A DNA stretch of 64,000 bases from an uncultured Vicinamibacteraceae bacterium (GCA_964507425.1 CAZDQD010000053.1:12156-76155); one strand, 5' to 3'; positions 27,940 through 39,047 are shown, counted from the first letter of the stretch. Numbers and translations: made by a program. Notes: a model not told the origin generated them from the sequence alone.

Positions 27940-30102
27940 TCATCTCTGCCGTAAAACACGTTCAACATCACGAACACCAGAAACAGCGCGTAATACCTTG
28001 ATCACGCGTTGCAGATGTTTAAGGTCATCAATATCCATGGTCACACTAATGTACGCATGCTCATCTTCCTTGGTTGATGTCTCAATTTTTCGGATGTTAA
28101 TCTCCGTGTCGGAGATGCAGGACGTAACGTCCGCAAGCATCCCTCGGCGGTCTTCGACCTCAATCGTGAGACAAACTGTAAATTGAGTGTTATCACTCTT
28201 CGAATCCCAGACCACATCGATACGACGGTCTGGATCGTAAAAAAGATTCATCACATTCGGGCATGTGGAAGAATGGACGGATACGCCCTTACCTCGGGTG
28301 ACATACCCAACTATCTTCTCTCCCCGAATAGCGTTGCAACAACCTGCACGAAACACCAATAAATCATCAAAGCCTCGAACTTTGATCTTGTCGTGATGGG
28401 GTCTAAGGACCCGACGTACTACCGACGTCAGCGCGGCCTTCTGTTTCGGTTCGACCAATCGTTCCGCTGGATACAGCTTTGCCAATACGTTGCGGGGCGA
28501 AACCTTTCCATACCCAACACTAGCAAACAGATCGTCTGGTTTTGGGGCAGCAAAACTGTCACAAGCCTCAACCATCGCCGGAGAATCAAAAATCGTTCTT
28601 GTCTTCAGATCAAACCGACGCGCTTCTTTTTCCAACATTTTTCGACCAAGTTCAACCGCGCGCAACTTCTCTTCTTCATGAATAAAATGCTTGATCCGAT
28701 TTCTTGCACGAGTCGTGACAACGAAATTCAACCAGTCACGACTGGGACTATGACCAGACGAGGTCACCACCTCCACGATATCGCCAGCTTGTAGACGTGT
28801 GCGTAGAGGTACCATCCGACCATTCACACGCGCCCCCACGCACGTGTGCCCCACATCTGTATGCACCGAGTAGGCAAAATCAACAGGGGTAGCACCACGA
28901 GGAAGTGCTTTTACTTCACCTTTAGGAGTGAAGGTGTAGACCTCCTCTGGATAGAGATCAAGTTTGAGGTTGTGTATAAACTCGTTCGGATCTGGCACGC
29001 CGTTTTGCCACTCAAGCAATTGTCGAAGCCACGAGAAATACTGCTCGTCAGCGGCAGACCCTACACGCCCTTCTTTGTATTTCCAATGAGCCGCGATACC
29101 ATCTTCAGCCACTCGGTGCATCTGCTCCGTTCGTATTTGCGCTTCAAAAGGAAACCCTTTATCACTAACAACCGACGTATGAAGTGATCGGTAACCATTA
29201 GGACGTGGGACGGCAATAAAATCCTTAAACCGACCGACCACCGGTTTCCAGGTTTGATGAATGATTCCCAGTGCCGTATAACAATCTCGCACTGATCCAG
29301 TAACCACGCGGACGGCAACCAAGTCATAGACATCGTCCAGAGAAATTTTCTGCCGTTGCATCTTTCTCCAAATGCTAAACAGGCGTTTGGTCCGGCCCTC
29401 AATGGCAATCACCGAAACCCCTGCTTCCCGTAATTTTTTCTCCAAGGTTTCTTTCAAGACGACAACTGCCCGCCTAGTTGCTTTTCGATGTTTCTCTACC
29501 TGCCCGCGTAGTGTTTCGTACTCTCGAGAATCACGATGTTGAAACGCGAGTCCTTCCAACTCGTTCTTGACCTTGCTCATACCTAATCTGTGCGCAATCG
29601 GAGCATAAATATCGAGCGTTTCCTGAGCGATTTTTATCCGTCGTTCCTCCCCAAGATGGCCAAGCGTTCGCATGTTGTGCAAACGATCAGCCAGTTTCAC
29701 CAGGATGACCCGTACGTCGTCAACCATCGCAAGCAGCATTTTTCTGAAATTCTCAGCTTCACGTTCTTCTCTAGATGAAAAAGGGATCGCACTAATCTTG
29801 GTTACTCCTTCAACAACATGAGCGACCTCTGGACCAAAAAGTTCATTAATTTTCTCAATCGTCGTCAACGTGTCTTCAACTACGTCATGCAACAAACTCG
29901 CAGCAATACCGACATCGTCTAAATGCATTTCGGCAGCTAAACCGGCAACCTCAAGCGGATGGGTAATGTACTGAGCACCAGACCGCCGTTTTTGTCCGGC
30001 GTGGGCTAGAGCAGAAAAATCGTACGCCCGGCGCAACAAGTCTGCGTCCGTATCTGGACTGTAACTCCGAACGACTGTAATCAAGTTTTCAAAACCATTC
30101 AT
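27940..30102 (-). CDS. spoT: bifunctional (p)ppGpp synthetase/hydrolase (RelA/SpoT homolog)
   Basis: 720 aa. HD domain (HPLEVA...HDVVEDT), synthetase domain (GYRSLHT), and TGS and ACT regions. Confidence 0.95.
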   Translation of the reverse strand: MNGFENLITVVRSYSPDTDADLLRRAYDFSALAHAGQKRRSGAQYITHPLEVAGLAAEMHLDDVGIAASLLHDVVEDTLTTIEKINELFGPEVAHVVEGVTKISAIPFSSREEREAENFRKMLLAMVDDVRVILVKLADRLHNMRTLGHLGEERRIKIAQETLDIYAPIAHRLGMSKVKNELEGLAFQHRDSREYETLRGQVEKHRKATRRAVVVLKETLEKKLREAGVSVIAIEGRTKRLFSIWRKMQRQKISLDDVYDLVAVRVVTGSVRDCYTALGIIHQTWKPVVGRFKDFIAVPRPNGYRSLHTSVVSDKGFPFEAQIRTEQMHRVAEDGIAAHWKYKEGRVGSAADEQYFSWLRQLLEWQNGVPDPNEFIHNLKLDLYPEEVYTFTPKGEVKALPRGATPVDFAYSVHTDVGHTCVGARVNGRMVPLRTRLQAGDIVEVVTSSGHSPSRDWLNFVVTTRARNRIKHFIHEEEKLRAVELGRKMLEKEARRFDLKTRTIFDSPAMVEACDSFAAPKPDDLFASVGYGKVSPRNVLAKLYPAERLVEPKQKAALTSVVRRVLRPHHDKIKVRGFDDLLVFRAGCCNAIRGEKIVGYVTRGKGVSVHSSTCPNVMNLFYDPDRRIDVVWDSKSDNTQFTVCLTIEVEDRRGMLADVTSCISDTEINIRKIETSTKEDEHAYISVTMDIDDLKHLQRVIKVLRAVSGVRDVERVLRQR

Positions 30103-30330
30103 AGAAAAACCATCTCTGCGAAAGAAAATCAGACGCCCCTCCTGGACTTTCTAGCGCCATTCTGGCGAAGCGCCAAGTGCCCCAATGGGGCTTCAAAGAC
30201 AACTTATACACGCCTGCGTTACACGTTTCTAGTGTCCTCTGAGACGGATAGACACCAACATCTCTCAAAGAAGTGTAATTAAGAACTGTAAACGATTGAA
30301 TTTCAAAGACTTAATAAGCAATATGAATGC

Positions 30331-30360
30331 TTGACTTGCCATTTTTCGCTTCACTATACT
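30331..30360 (+). promoter_or_regulatory. candidate sigma70 promoter (TTGACT, 18 nt spacer, TATACT) about 115 nt upstream of the TPR lipoprotein gene
   Basis: TTGACT at 30331-30336 and TATACT at 30355-30360. Found by eye only. Confidence 0.35.
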
Positions 30361-30479
30361 GGACCGGTTTTCAGGTGTGTTATCGCGCCTCTGGCACCAG
30401 CCCCTGACACAGTAGTCAGCACGTCGAGGTATAGCGAAATTAAGGCACGGTCGTACACAGGGCTGAAAGGGGAAAGAAC

Positions 30480-31493
30480 ATGCAAACGGCACGCAAACTC
30501 GTAAGACTGGCGCTCGTCATCGCTCTCACCGTACCGCTTGTCTCATGCGCCTTCTTCGACCAGCTAGGCGCGATGAGAACTTTCAAGGACGCCAATACGT
30601 TCTACCAGCGTGGCGACTACGAACAGGCTATTGAAGAATATATGGCCGTCGTCGAAACCGTTGAAGCGGATCCGAACTCGGAGTTATCACAGGCAATGTC
30701 CGTGGCCTACTTTTACGTCGGGAACAGCTACGACAGTCTTTATACGCCGGCGTTCAGGGGGCAGGCCGAGAACGATGCATACCTTGACAGAGCTGAAGAG
30801 TTCTATCAGAAGGCCGCGGACGCGGTTCCAAATGATGATTTCAAAAAACTTGCTATGCAATACCTGGTTGCCACATACGGCCCGGACAAGCTCAATGACC
30901 CAACGAGTCGGGCTACGCTGCTACTGGATATGATCGAGTTGGAACCGGACAATCCTGAAAATTACTTCGCTCTAGCCCAGCTTTATGAACAATCTGGTTT
31001 GGCGGAGTTCGCCGAAGCCTCCATGACTTCAGTTCTCTCATTTCTCGATGATGACCCTACCGTCTACTTACAGTTGGCGGGGTACTACGACCGTGCGGGC
31101 AACTTTGACCAGATGATCGTACAACTGAGGGAACGAGCGCGTATCGAGCCAGACAACCCGGAAGCGTTTTATACGATCTCGACAACATACTGGAATAAAG
31201 CATTTCGAGATTTCACAATCACCCAGGACCAGAAACTCGAGTACATCATGTCTGGCCTTGAGGCGGCAGATGACGCCATCGCGTTGAACGACCGTTACGT
31301 CGATGCGCTCGTCTACAAGAATATTCTGCTCAGGATGCAAGCTGGCGAAATGGTATGTGTAGATACCGACGACACTGAATGCATCAATGCGCAGGACGGT
31401 CTCATTGCGGAAGCGGAAGAGCTTGAAGCTCTGGCACAGCAGATCCAGGACGAACAGCGTGCCCAAGCGGCGGCTGCTCCCTCAGCGGGGTGA
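30480..31493 (+). CDS. TPR-repeat lipoprotein
   Basis: Lipobox LVSC after a hydrophobic signal. Multiple TPR-like A/Y/L-patterned repeats. Confidence 0.7.
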   Translation: MQTARKLVRLALVIALTVPLVSCAFFDQLGAMRTFKDANTFYQRGDYEQAIEEYMAVVETVEADPNSELSQAMSVAYFYVGNSYDSLYTPAFRGQAENDAYLDRAEEFYQKAADAVPNDDFKKLAMQYLVATYGPDKLNDPTSRATLLLDMIELEPDNPENYFALAQLYEQSGLAEFAEASMTSVLSFLDDDPTVYLQLAGYYDRAGNFDQMIVQLRERARIEPDNPEAFYTISTTYWNKAFRDFTITQDQKLEYIMSGLEAADDAIALNDRYVDALVYKNILLRMQAGEMVCVDTDDTECINAQDGLIAEAEELEALAQQIQDEQRAQAAAAPSAG

Positions 31494-31590
31494 GAGTAGT
31501 TTTAAAGCTGCCTGCTGTCCCTCAACATGACCCGAGCGGCATTTAGAATAGGCCACTCGGCGGGCAGAGCGGCACGAGACTACAACTAGG

Positions 31591-31627
31591 CCGGACGCCC
31601 TCAGCAGGGGGCCTCCGGTCTTTTTTT
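31591..31627 (+). terminator. rho-independent terminator
   Basis: CCGGACGCCC-loop-GGGGCCTCCGG stem (9 bp with 1 mismatch) followed by TCTTTTTTT. Confidence 0.7.
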
Positions 31628-31651
31628 CTGTACAAGACAGGCTGAAGAGCG

Positions 31652-32104
31652 TTAAGGAATCGGTTCAAGCCGAGTTGTCTGTACTGGCCCGACGCCTGTG
31701 ATCTGGACCGTCACAGCACCATCTCTCGCCTCATCGTAATGAATACCGTTCGCGGGTTCGTATATGAAGCTTCCGGCTTCAATTGGAACCATCTCGTCGG
31801 GTTTGTAGCTGGCCGCATCGGGCCCCAATGCGACCCACCAAGTTCCTTCGATTACGGTGATGTATCTGGCCTGGTCATGAAAGTGGGGCTTCGTGCCAGT
31901 ACCGGGTGCAAACGTAATCCGCATCACGTAGACTCCCGGTTCGTCTGTTCGCCCTAAAATTCTCACTGCACGGCTTCCGGGCGGCGGCTCTAGGTCTCCC
32001 GGTAGCGCCACAACAAAACCATTCGTATCTGGTTCCAACGTTTGAGCCAACGGCGACATGCCCACGATGAATACAAATCCAATCGCGCACGTAGTCAATT
32101 TCAC
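31652..32104 (-). CDS. secreted cupin-domain protein
   Basis: Signal peptide, then GTKPHFHDQARYITVIEGTWWV and a downstream GxxxH-type cupin motif. Confidence 0.65.
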   Translation of the reverse strand: MKLTTCAIGFVFIVGMSPLAQTLEPDTNGFVVALPGDLEPPPGSRAVRILGRTDEPGVYVMRITFAPGTGTKPHFHDQARYITVIEGTWWVALGPDAASYKPDEMVPIEAGSFIYEPANGIHYDEARDGAVTVQITGVGPVQTTRLEPIP

Positions 32105-32257
32105 AATATTTCCAGCACCGATAAGATCCGGCCTTAATAAAAGACCTCGAATAGCTGTCTGTTGAGCCCCTGTAAGAAAACGTGAGACGACTCAAAATTA
32201 ACGGCCAAAAATACTGAAACCCAAGAGCCTCTCGGACAAACCCCACATCACTAAGGA

Positions 32258-33265
32258 CTAAGGAACAGCTGCTGCTTCCTCCGCACGAGCACCACTCAAA
32301 ATATTAATCATCGCGTGATTACCTTCATGACAGGCGTATTCCCACAGCTGTCCCGATGTCACCCCTCGTGAGGCATGATCCGTAGTCATAGGTGCGGTCG
32401 CTGTCCATGATTGGGTGAAAGACAGCGGATCCTCAACCGTAAAGCTGTAATCAATGGTATCTGAGCCGATACGCGTAAAACGTTCGACTATCCTTAGGCT
32501 AGGCCGTGATGCGCGCCACGGTGCGCTCCAATAAGCACTTGACCTATCTAAAAAATTCCCCGTCTCTACAACTAAGGTGTCCCCATCCCAGTGTCCTCGT
32601 GCTTCCCCAGTCCATTGCTTAATACCAGTCAACGGTCGAGGTTCCGTTGGAATAACCCGAAGCTCGTGGTACATCTCGTGCAACATGACCACTTCACCGG
32701 GAGTCTGGAATATTTGTAGGTTCATATTGTACGGCTGCAAGGGCACCATGTTAGGTAACCCATCAGTAATGCAGCGCTCACCGGTATCAAGATCAACCCA
32801 CGAAAAAAAAGGACCCACACCGTATCTTGCCTGTTCGCGATCGCTCTCCAGCTTGGCACTAGGCTTCCAAGGAATCACTCCCGTCGGAGGGTCCACAATG
32901 AGCGAAGTACGTCGGTCTTCCACTATTTGGGTCCCCGCATCAAGCCACACTTGGTTATACCCACCCACACTACCCGGAGCTGATTTTCCATCTGAGGCTA
33001 TTCGGCTTTCCTCCGATTGCTGTTCAATGGAGCGAACTTCCTCATTGGTCAACTCCACCTTTTCCGATTGTTGAGCCGGTCTCTCCAGTGGAGTCAGAGT
33101 TGCGGAGGTCCAAATTCCCTGTAGGTCAGGCTCACCCCATGGTAACTGAAACACTCTTTCCGACTCGTCGCCTGGAACTTGGCCTTCAACAATTGACGGC
33201 AACACGGCGAGTCCAGCCGTCAGAATCACAACAAACAAAGCAGATGTCTTGGAGCTCATTTCCAC
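32258..33265 (-). CDS. secreted hypothetical protein (335 aa)
   Basis: Signal peptide MEMSSKTSALFVVILTAGLAVLPSIVEG. PDLQGIW near the N-terminus and WEYACHEGNHAMINILSGAR near the C-terminus. Family not recognised. Confidence 0.55.
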   Translation of the reverse strand: MEMSSKTSALFVVILTAGLAVLPSIVEGQVPGDESERVFQLPWGEPDLQGIWTSATLTPLERPAQQSEKVELTNEEVRSIEQQSEESRIASDGKSAPGSVGGYNQVWLDAGTQIVEDRRTSLIVDPPTGVIPWKPSAKLESDREQARYGVGPFFSWVDLDTGERCITDGLPNMVPLQPYNMNLQIFQTPGEVVMLHEMYHELRVIPTEPRPLTGIKQWTGEARGHWDGDTLVVETGNFLDRSSAYWSAPWRASRPSLRIVERFTRIGSDTIDYSFTVEDPLSFTQSWTATAPMTTDHASRGVTSGQLWEYACHEGNHAMINILSGARAEEAAAVP

Positions 33266-33367
33266 CTCCTAGACTAAACAACCGTCAATGTAAGTAACAA
33301 CCTATTAAACGCCACTTACTCTCCGGTGCATAGTCTACACATGGACACACACGGCTAGCCTACCACC

Positions 33368-33412
33368 AAAAAAAAGACCGGAACCCCGAGTAACGGGATT
33401 CCGGTCTTTTTT
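33368..33412 (-). terminator. rho-independent terminator of the tonB-exbB-exbD-exbD operon (A-tract/T-tract flanked, potentially bidirectional)
   Basis: On the minus strand, GACCGGAAUCCCG-UUAC-CGGGGUUCCGGUC (13 bp including one G-U) is followed by U8. Confidence 0.8.
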
Positions 33413-33446
33413 GGGTTCTCTTATCGCTTCGGAAGTTAAACTAGAA

Positions 33447-33908
33447 CTACTCACCAACTGGCGCCGCACCAGCCGCACGACGCATACCCTCCGTAACAAT
33501 ACCGACTTTTTCGACGCCAGCACCCTTGGCAGCATCAATCACGTTAATGATCTCACCATAAGTCAAAGTGCCCGCACCGGCAATAAACATCGTCTTCTCT
33601 CGCCGTGCCTGGAATATCTGGCGTAACTCCTGTTCGAGCGAGTTGATATTCATCGGCTGCTGGTTCACAGAGATCCGGCGATCAGCAGTAAATTCAAGCA
33701 CGATCTGACTGCTGTCAGTCGCAGCCTCTGCTGAGCCCTGCGTTTCAAGTGGTAGGTTAATGTCCAAACCACGCTGACCCAATGGTAGGGCCGCAAGGAA
33801 AATAACGATCAACACCAAAAGCACGTCAATAAAAGGTGTGATGTTTATTTCGGAGTTGTGCTCTTTGTGCCCAACATCCGACATCTCATTTTGAAATTTT
33901 TTCGCCAT
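33447..33908 (-). CDS. exbD: ExbD/TolR-family biopolymer transport protein
   Basis: EINITPFIDVLLVLIVIF TM anchor and a typical ExbD periplasmic domain. Confidence 0.9.
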   Translation of the reverse strand: MAKKFQNEMSDVGHKEHNSEINITPFIDVLLVLIVIFLAALPLGQRGLDINLPLETQGSAEAATDSSQIVLEFTADRRISVNQQPMNINSLEQELRQIFQARREKTMFIAGAGTLTYGEIINVIDAAKGAGVEKVGIVTEGMRRAAGAAPVGE

Positions 33909-33910
33909 GG

Positions 33911-34348
33911 CTATTCGCCCCCACCAGCGGCACCCTCTTGGTCTCGCTCAGTAATAAGGCCAACGTTTTCAATCCCGGCACGCTGCAATGAGTCCATCAG
34001 ATTCATAATTGCCGAGTACTGAGCATTTACATCACCCTTAATCAGTAGGATTCTTTCGTTCTTACGGTCCAGCGCCGTATTAACTGCCCGAAGCAGATCC
34101 TGCTGCACGGTTTGCACATTATCGACGAAGTAGGCCCCGTCCGCTGTGACCGCGATGACCGTATTGTTGTCGTTATCAGGCTTATCACTTGTATTTCCAG
34201 CCCTTGGTAGGTCCAAACTCACACCAGCCTGTAACAGAGGCGCGATGAGCATGACAATAATCAACAACACCAACATCACGTCTGCAAGCGGAGTGATATT
34301 AATCTCCGAATTAAGTCCGCCTGCTTTATCGCCAACTTGCATTCCCAT
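33911..34348 (-). CDS. exbD: ExbD/TolR-family biopolymer transport protein (second copy)
   Basis: EINITPLADVMLVLLIIVM motif. I prefer ATG at 34348 (AAGGGA upstream) over the track start at 34393. Confidence 0.88.
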   Translation of the reverse strand: MGMQVGDKAGGLNSEINITPLADVMLVLLIIVMLIAPLLQAGVSLDLPRAGNTSDKPDNDNNTVIAVTADGAYFVDNVQTVQQDLLRAVNTALDRKNERILLIKGDVNAQYSAIMNLMDSLQRAGIENVGLITERDQEGAAGGGE

Positions 34349-34431
34349 GGTGGTATCCCTTCCCCTGGATGTGAAACGCGCTGAGTGACTCAACAGAGCC
34401 GCTCAGCCGCTCACCCACACTTTTGTTCTAT

Positions 34432-35100
34432 CTATGACTTCTTGATGAAGTAGTCAACAAGCTCGGACGACGAGTTATCCATCTCAGTCGTAAAATGCTC
34501 AAGACGACCAGTCAGATAATTGAAGAACCACACGGCCGGGATCGCAACAAACAAACCAATGGCGGTGCCAACGAGCGCCTCTGAAATACCACCAGAAACA
34601 GCACCCAAACCACCGGAACCGGTCGCTGCAATACCCTGAAACGCGTTGATAACGCCGAGAGTCGTAGCCAACAGTCCGACGAACACCGCAGTCGAACCAA
34701 TCGTCGCCAGCGCGCCCATCCCCTTCTTCATGTCACCACTTGTCAACGCCGACGCGCGAGCAATGGCACGACGGATGCTATCGACCACATCGTCCTTCGC
34801 CAACGAGACGCCTGTATCCTGCTGGAACTGATATTCCTGCAGACCAGCCAACACAACTTTTCCAAGGTGGCTATATTTGAATTTCTGCGACTTTGCCATC
34901 GTAATCGCATCCTTCACTTTGTTGTCCTTAAGGTGCTTCGCCACCTGCGGCGCAAAATCCTTGGACTGTTTCGCAGCTTGGTTGTACGTAAACAAACGCT
35001 CAAAAAACACGCCAACGGACCACATCGACATAAGCGCCAAGATTCCCATCAGCAGACGAACGGAAAGACCCATCTGTTCCCACAATTCAACAAAATCCAT
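34432..35100 (-). CDS. exbB: MotA/TolQ/ExbB proton-channel protein
   Basis: Three TM helices and the C-terminal GGISEALVGTAIGLFVAIPAVWFFNY signature. Confidence 0.9.
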   Translation of the reverse strand: MDFVELWEQMGLSVRLLMGILALMSMWSVGVFFERLFTYNQAAKQSKDFAPQVAKHLKDNKVKDAITMAKSQKFKYSHLGKVVLAGLQEYQFQQDTGVSLAKDDVVDSIRRAIARASALTSGDMKKGMGALATIGSTAVFVGLLATTLGVINAFQGIAATGSGGLGAVSGGISEALVGTAIGLFVAIPAVWFFNYLTGRLEHFTTEMDNSSSELVDYFIKKS

Positions 35101-35178
35101 GATTCCTCCTAAGCGACGAGAACCCTATTCACGCCGTTCTGTTCAAACCTTACTTCTTGTTACGTCAAACCTTACATA

Positions 35179-35988
35179 CTAACCAATCTGGAAGTTCACG
35201 GTGACAGTCATGATAACCGGCACCGGCACGCCGTTTAAGAGCGTTGGCGTGTATTGCCACTGCTGCACAGCTGTAATAGCAGCTTCATCCAGTAGTGGCA
35301 CCGAACGGAGCACGGTAACCTCAGTTACATTTCCCGTCGGCCCGATAACGGCCTCCAAGATAACCACACCCGTAACACGCGCCGCCTGCGCAACTGGCGG
35401 ATAGACGGGCGGCACGTCAGTCACTTTAGTCGGGGGACTGATATTACCACCAACACGAACTGGCTCTGGCGGCGGAGGAGGTGGCGGCGGAGCTTCCGCC
35501 AGACCACCGACGATGCCACTGACGACACCGCCAGCCACACCCTGCACGACTTGTGTCTGTGCAGCCAATTCAAACACAGGTTCCGGAGCAATCTCTTCTG
35601 GCGCTGCAATCGGAGCCGCGTTCGGATTTACGTCAACGACCGGGGGTGGCGCAGCCTCTGCCGCCGCAGGTGGTGGCGGAGGCGGTGGCGGAGGCGGTGG
35701 CGGAGGAGGCGCAGCCACGAACGCCATCATTGTTGCTGGCGTCGGAAGCGCGTCCATAGCCATCAGGGGAACAATGACTACTCCCGCAATTGCGACCACG
35801 TGCGCCACAATCGACAACGGGACGGTATACCACTTTCGGGTACCGACCTGATAAGTGTTGTTCACCACCTGGCCAAACATCGCATTTGGGTCAGACTTCG
35901 GCTCTTTTGCTTTTGCCGCTTGCGCCGGCTTCGACGCCGGTTTTGCCATCGGTTTGTTCTCAGCCACAGGGCCCCTCCCGGCCATCAT
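35179..35988 (-). CDS. tonB: TonB-family energy transducer
   Basis: N-terminal TM, P15 and P8 proline tracts, and a C-terminal TonB_C-like domain (YPPVAQAARVTGVVILEAVIGPTGNV...). Confidence 0.85.
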   Translation of the reverse strand: MMAGRGPVAENKPMAKPASKPAQAAKAKEPKSDPNAMFGQVVNNTYQVGTRKWYTVPLSIVAHVVAIAGVVIVPLMAMDALPTPATMMAFVAAPPPPPPPPPPPPPPAAAEAAPPPVVDVNPNAAPIAAPEEIAPEPVFELAAQTQVVQGVAGGVVSGIVGGLAEAPPPPPPPPEPVRVGGNISPPTKVTDVPPVYPPVAQAARVTGVVILEAVIGPTGNVTEVTVLRSVPLLDEAAITAVQQWQYTPTLLNGVPVPVIMTVTVNFQIG

Positions 35989-36253
35989 ATCTTTCTGGCC
36001 GCGTTCCTCAAGAACGACGATTATAAGCAGGCAAAAAACCCACTGTCAACGAATTGTAACCGCCCCTCATTATTGCTAAACACTACGCAAAGCGCTAGTA
36101 AATATTCGGCAACTATAACGAAACAAAAATGACGTATACCGCCAAAACCCTATCTCACCCCCAACCCACCAACAACGCACCCACTGCCAGGGGAGGCCGC
36201 ATGGTACCCGTCATCACCCGCAACGTCAATGGAAAGAACGAAAGTTGGCCGCA

Positions 36254-38356
36254 TCACGACATCCAACTGACAACAAGCGGCGCAAAAATGACTGCCACGA
36301 TTGTCATAAGTTTGATCAAAATATTCAGACTCGGTCCGGAGGTATCCTTAAAGGGGTCGCCAACAGTATCGCCAATGACGGCCGCTTTATGGGGTTCAGA
36401 TCCCTTCCCGCCGTGATGCCCTTCCTCAATGTATTTCTTCGCATTGTCCCAGGCACCACCAGCGTTAGCCATCATTAACGCCATCAAAACACCCGTAACC
36501 AAGGCCCCGGCTAACAGACCACCGAGCCCAGAAATTCCTAACAAGAATCCCGCAGCTATTGGAGCCAAAACCGCTATTAGGCCAGGCACAATCATTTCTC
36601 GAATGGCTGATTTCGTAGAAATTTCGACGCAACGCGCAGAATCAGGTTCCGCTTTCCCTTCTAACAAGCCAGTAATTTCCTTAAACTGGCGTCGCACCTC
36701 CTCGATCATGTCGTTCGCGGAGCGCCCGACTGCATTCATCGTCAGCGCGGAAAAAAGGAATGGCAGCATCCCCCCTAGTAACATTCCAAGCAGTACGTTC
36801 GGGTTATCAAGTTGAAGGTTTAGGTAGTTAGTGTCGAAAACCACACCGTTCGCTTGCGCCGCACTAACTGCGGAATCAGCTTCAGCGCGAAAAGTGCTGA
36901 ACAGTGCCAATGCGGTAAGCGCAGCCGAACCAATGGCAAACCCCTTACCCATAGCCGCAGTGGTATTTCCAACAGCGTCGAGCGCATCGGTCCGCTCACG
37001 GACGAACGCGTCACATCCGCTCATTTCGGCTATCCCTCCAGCATTATCAGCAACTGGTCCATACGCATCGACACCAAGGCTAATCCCCAAGGTAGACAAC
37101 ATCCCAACTGCCGCAATAGCAATCCCATAAAGCGCCGCAAGAGAATAACTAGCGTAAATAGCTAGGCAGATAATCAAAATAGGAATGGCACAGGACATCA
37201 TCCCAACACCAAGTCCAGAAATAATATTCGTCGCCGGACCAGTTTCTGACTGTTGGGCTATTTTGTGGACTGGCGGCTTGTCCTTTCCCGTGTAGTACTC
37301 GGTAACTTGACCGATCGCGACACCCGCCACGATACCAGTAACCACGCAGCCCAGAACCGCCATCGGTAGCCCTAAAATAGAAATCAACCCAGCTGCAGCC
37401 AAACAAACAAGAGCGGATGCAACGAGTAAGCCCCGATGAAGGGCACTTCCAATCTTGCTCTCATCATCAGTCTTAACAGCAAAGGTCCCTAAAATCGACG
37501 CAAGAATACCCGCCCCAGAAAGCAGTATCGGGAAAATTACTAAGTTTTGCTGGACTGCAACAAACGCCACTTCATCCGTGCCCCAGAGTGCGGCCGCCGC
37601 TGGCGCACCGAGCGCCCAAGCCAAAGCCACTGCCGATATGATGCTACCGACATACGATTCAAACAGGTCGGCACCCATCCCCGCTACGTCTCCAACGTTA
37701 TCTCCAACGTTGTCGGCTATGGTTGCCGGATTTCGTGGATCATCCTCTGGAATACCGGCCTCCACTTTGCCTGACAAATCGCCAGCAACGTCAGCCGCCT
37801 TGGTATAAATTCCTCCTCCAACCCTTGCAAATAGTGCAATCGACGAGGCTCCAAGGGAAAACCCAAACAGCGAGTCAATGGCGCTTGCACCTGCACCGGA
37901 CATGCCACCGTACAAAAAGTAGAGCACTGAAATACCAAGCGTGCCGAGAGCAACTACGGTTAACCCCATTACCGCGCCACTCGAAAACGCCACGTTAAGT
38001 GCACTGGACAAGCTATCCGTAGCCGCATGGGTCGTCCGAACCGCCGCTCCGGTTGCCGTGCGCATACCGATCCAACCAGCGGTCGCCGACAACCCCGCAC
38101 CAACCAGAAACGCTACCGCTGTCAATTGGCCAATGAAAAACGCCAACACAAAAAACATGACAACCACAAATCCAGCAAGCACGGAATATTCAGTCTTCAA
38201 AAATGCCATCGCACCGCTTCGTATAAGCGCTGCAATCCGCTGCATATTCTCACTACCGGCCTCGCGACCATTAATCTGCTTAATCAAAAACAGTGCAAAT
38301 AACGCCGATATGATCGGCGCACCCCAACCGAGTACGTAATACAGTTGATGCTCCAT
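36254..38356 (-). CDS. hppA: membrane-bound proton- or sodium-translocating pyrophosphatase
   Basis: 700 aa polytopic protein with [30 protein letters not shown] and [15 protein letters not shown] signatures. Confidence 0.95.
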   Translation of the reverse strand: MEHQLYYVLGWGAPIISALFALFLIKQINGREAGSENMQRIAALIRSGAMAFLKTEYSVLAGFVVVMFFVLAFFIGQLTAVAFLVGAGLSATAGWIGMRTATGAAVRTTHAATDSLSSALNVAFSSGAVMGLTVVALGTLGISVLYFLYGGMSGAGASAIDSLFGFSLGASSIALFARVGGGIYTKAADVAGDLSGKVEAGIPEDDPRNPATIADNVGDNVGDVAGMGADLFESYVGSIISAVALAWALGAPAAAALWGTDEVAFVAVQQNLVIFPILLSGAGILASILGTFAVKTDDESKIGSALHRGLLVASALVCLAAAGLISILGLPMAVLGCVVTGIVAGVAIGQVTEYYTGKDKPPVHKIAQQSETGPATNIISGLGVGMMSCAIPILIICLAIYASYSLAALYGIAIAAVGMLSTLGISLGVDAYGPVADNAGGIAEMSGCDAFVRERTDALDAVGNTTAAMGKGFAIGSAALTALALFSTFRAEADSAVSAAQANGVVFDTNYLNLQLDNPNVLLGMLLGGMLPFLFSALTMNAVGRSANDMIEEVRRQFKEITGLLEGKAEPDSARCVEISTKSAIREMIVPGLIAVLAPIAAGFLLGISGLGGLLAGALVTGVLMALMMANAGGAWDNAKKYIEEGHHGGKGSEPHKAAVIGDTVGDPFKDTSGPSLNILIKLMTIVAVIFAPLVVSWMS

Positions 38357-38432
38357 TCACCCCTCTGCTGTTATAGAACTAAGGAAAACTAGGCAAGTAA
38401 ACAAGTCTGTTTTAACCGTGTCAAGGTCAAGG

Positions 38433-39047
38433 TTATAGACTCGTCTTGGTCAGTTTATCTCGCTGGACACGTAATTGTTCTCGCATCGCCATGCCGCCGG
38501 TCAAAAAAATTTGAACTCCCTCCTGAACCGTCAAATCAGGAAATAATAATTTTGTGGTCGGATAAATGTGAATGTCTCCAAAATAGATGTGATTGGTCGG
38601 CACATACACAGCCACGTGGCGCACCGCATCAACACCGTCCCCCAACGTAAATTCCTTGGTCAAAAATCCAAGTGCAAGACCTCGGTGGGAGTCATCCACA
38701 AGCACAACCTGCTTAAACCCCAATTGATTGTCTGGCGAAAACGCTACAACCAATTGTTTCACGGGGCCGTAAATGGCCCGAAACACAGGTAGCTTAAGTA
38801 GATATTCTTCACCTCTCTTTAGTATGCGACTACCAATAACGTTGGTTGTAAGGCCACCTACCAGAACAACGATTAACAAAAGAGTTGCGAGACCAAGCCC
38901 GGGAACCTCACGTGTAAGCCATCGGTCATAAACTGGTCCCATCACACCGTCGACCAACTGAAAAAGCCAAATAAATGCCGCCACGCTGACAACGAGCGGC
39001 ACAATAACAACAAACCCGGCAATCAAACTGCGCCGAATCCACTGCAT
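38433..39047 (-). CDS. DUF502-family membrane protein
   Basis: MQWIRRSLIAGFVVIVPLVVSVAAFIWLFQLVDG... I chose ATG at 39047 because it removes the overlap with uppP. Confidence 0.65.
   Translation of the reverse strand: MQWIRRSLIAGFVVIVPLVVSVAAFIWLFQLVDGVMGPVYDRWLTREVPGLGLATLLLIVVLVGGLTTNVIGSRILKRGEEYLLKLPVFRAIYGPVKQLVVAFSPDNQLGFKQVVLVDDSHRGLALGFLTKEFTLGDGVDAVRHVAVYVPTNHIYFGDIHIYPTTKLLFPDLTVQEGVQIFLTGGMAMREQLRVQRDKLTKTSL

Noticed and set aside
35460-35715. GGN/CCN simple-sequence tracts encoding P8 and P15 in tonB, considered as a phase- or length-variable locus
   Set aside because: Proline-rich spacers are a normal TonB feature. The codons are mixed (ggt/ggc/gga), so the tract is not a pure slippage-prone homopolymer or perfect microsatellite.
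35513-36132. Gly/Arg-rich plus-strand ORFs (up to 193 aa)
   Set aside because: They are antisense to the proline tracts (CCN read as GGN) of tonB, so they are artefacts.
36429-38339. Multiple 75-132-aa plus-strand ORFs
   Set aside because: All are antisense to the 700-aa membrane pyrophosphatase gene, which has unmistakable signatures.
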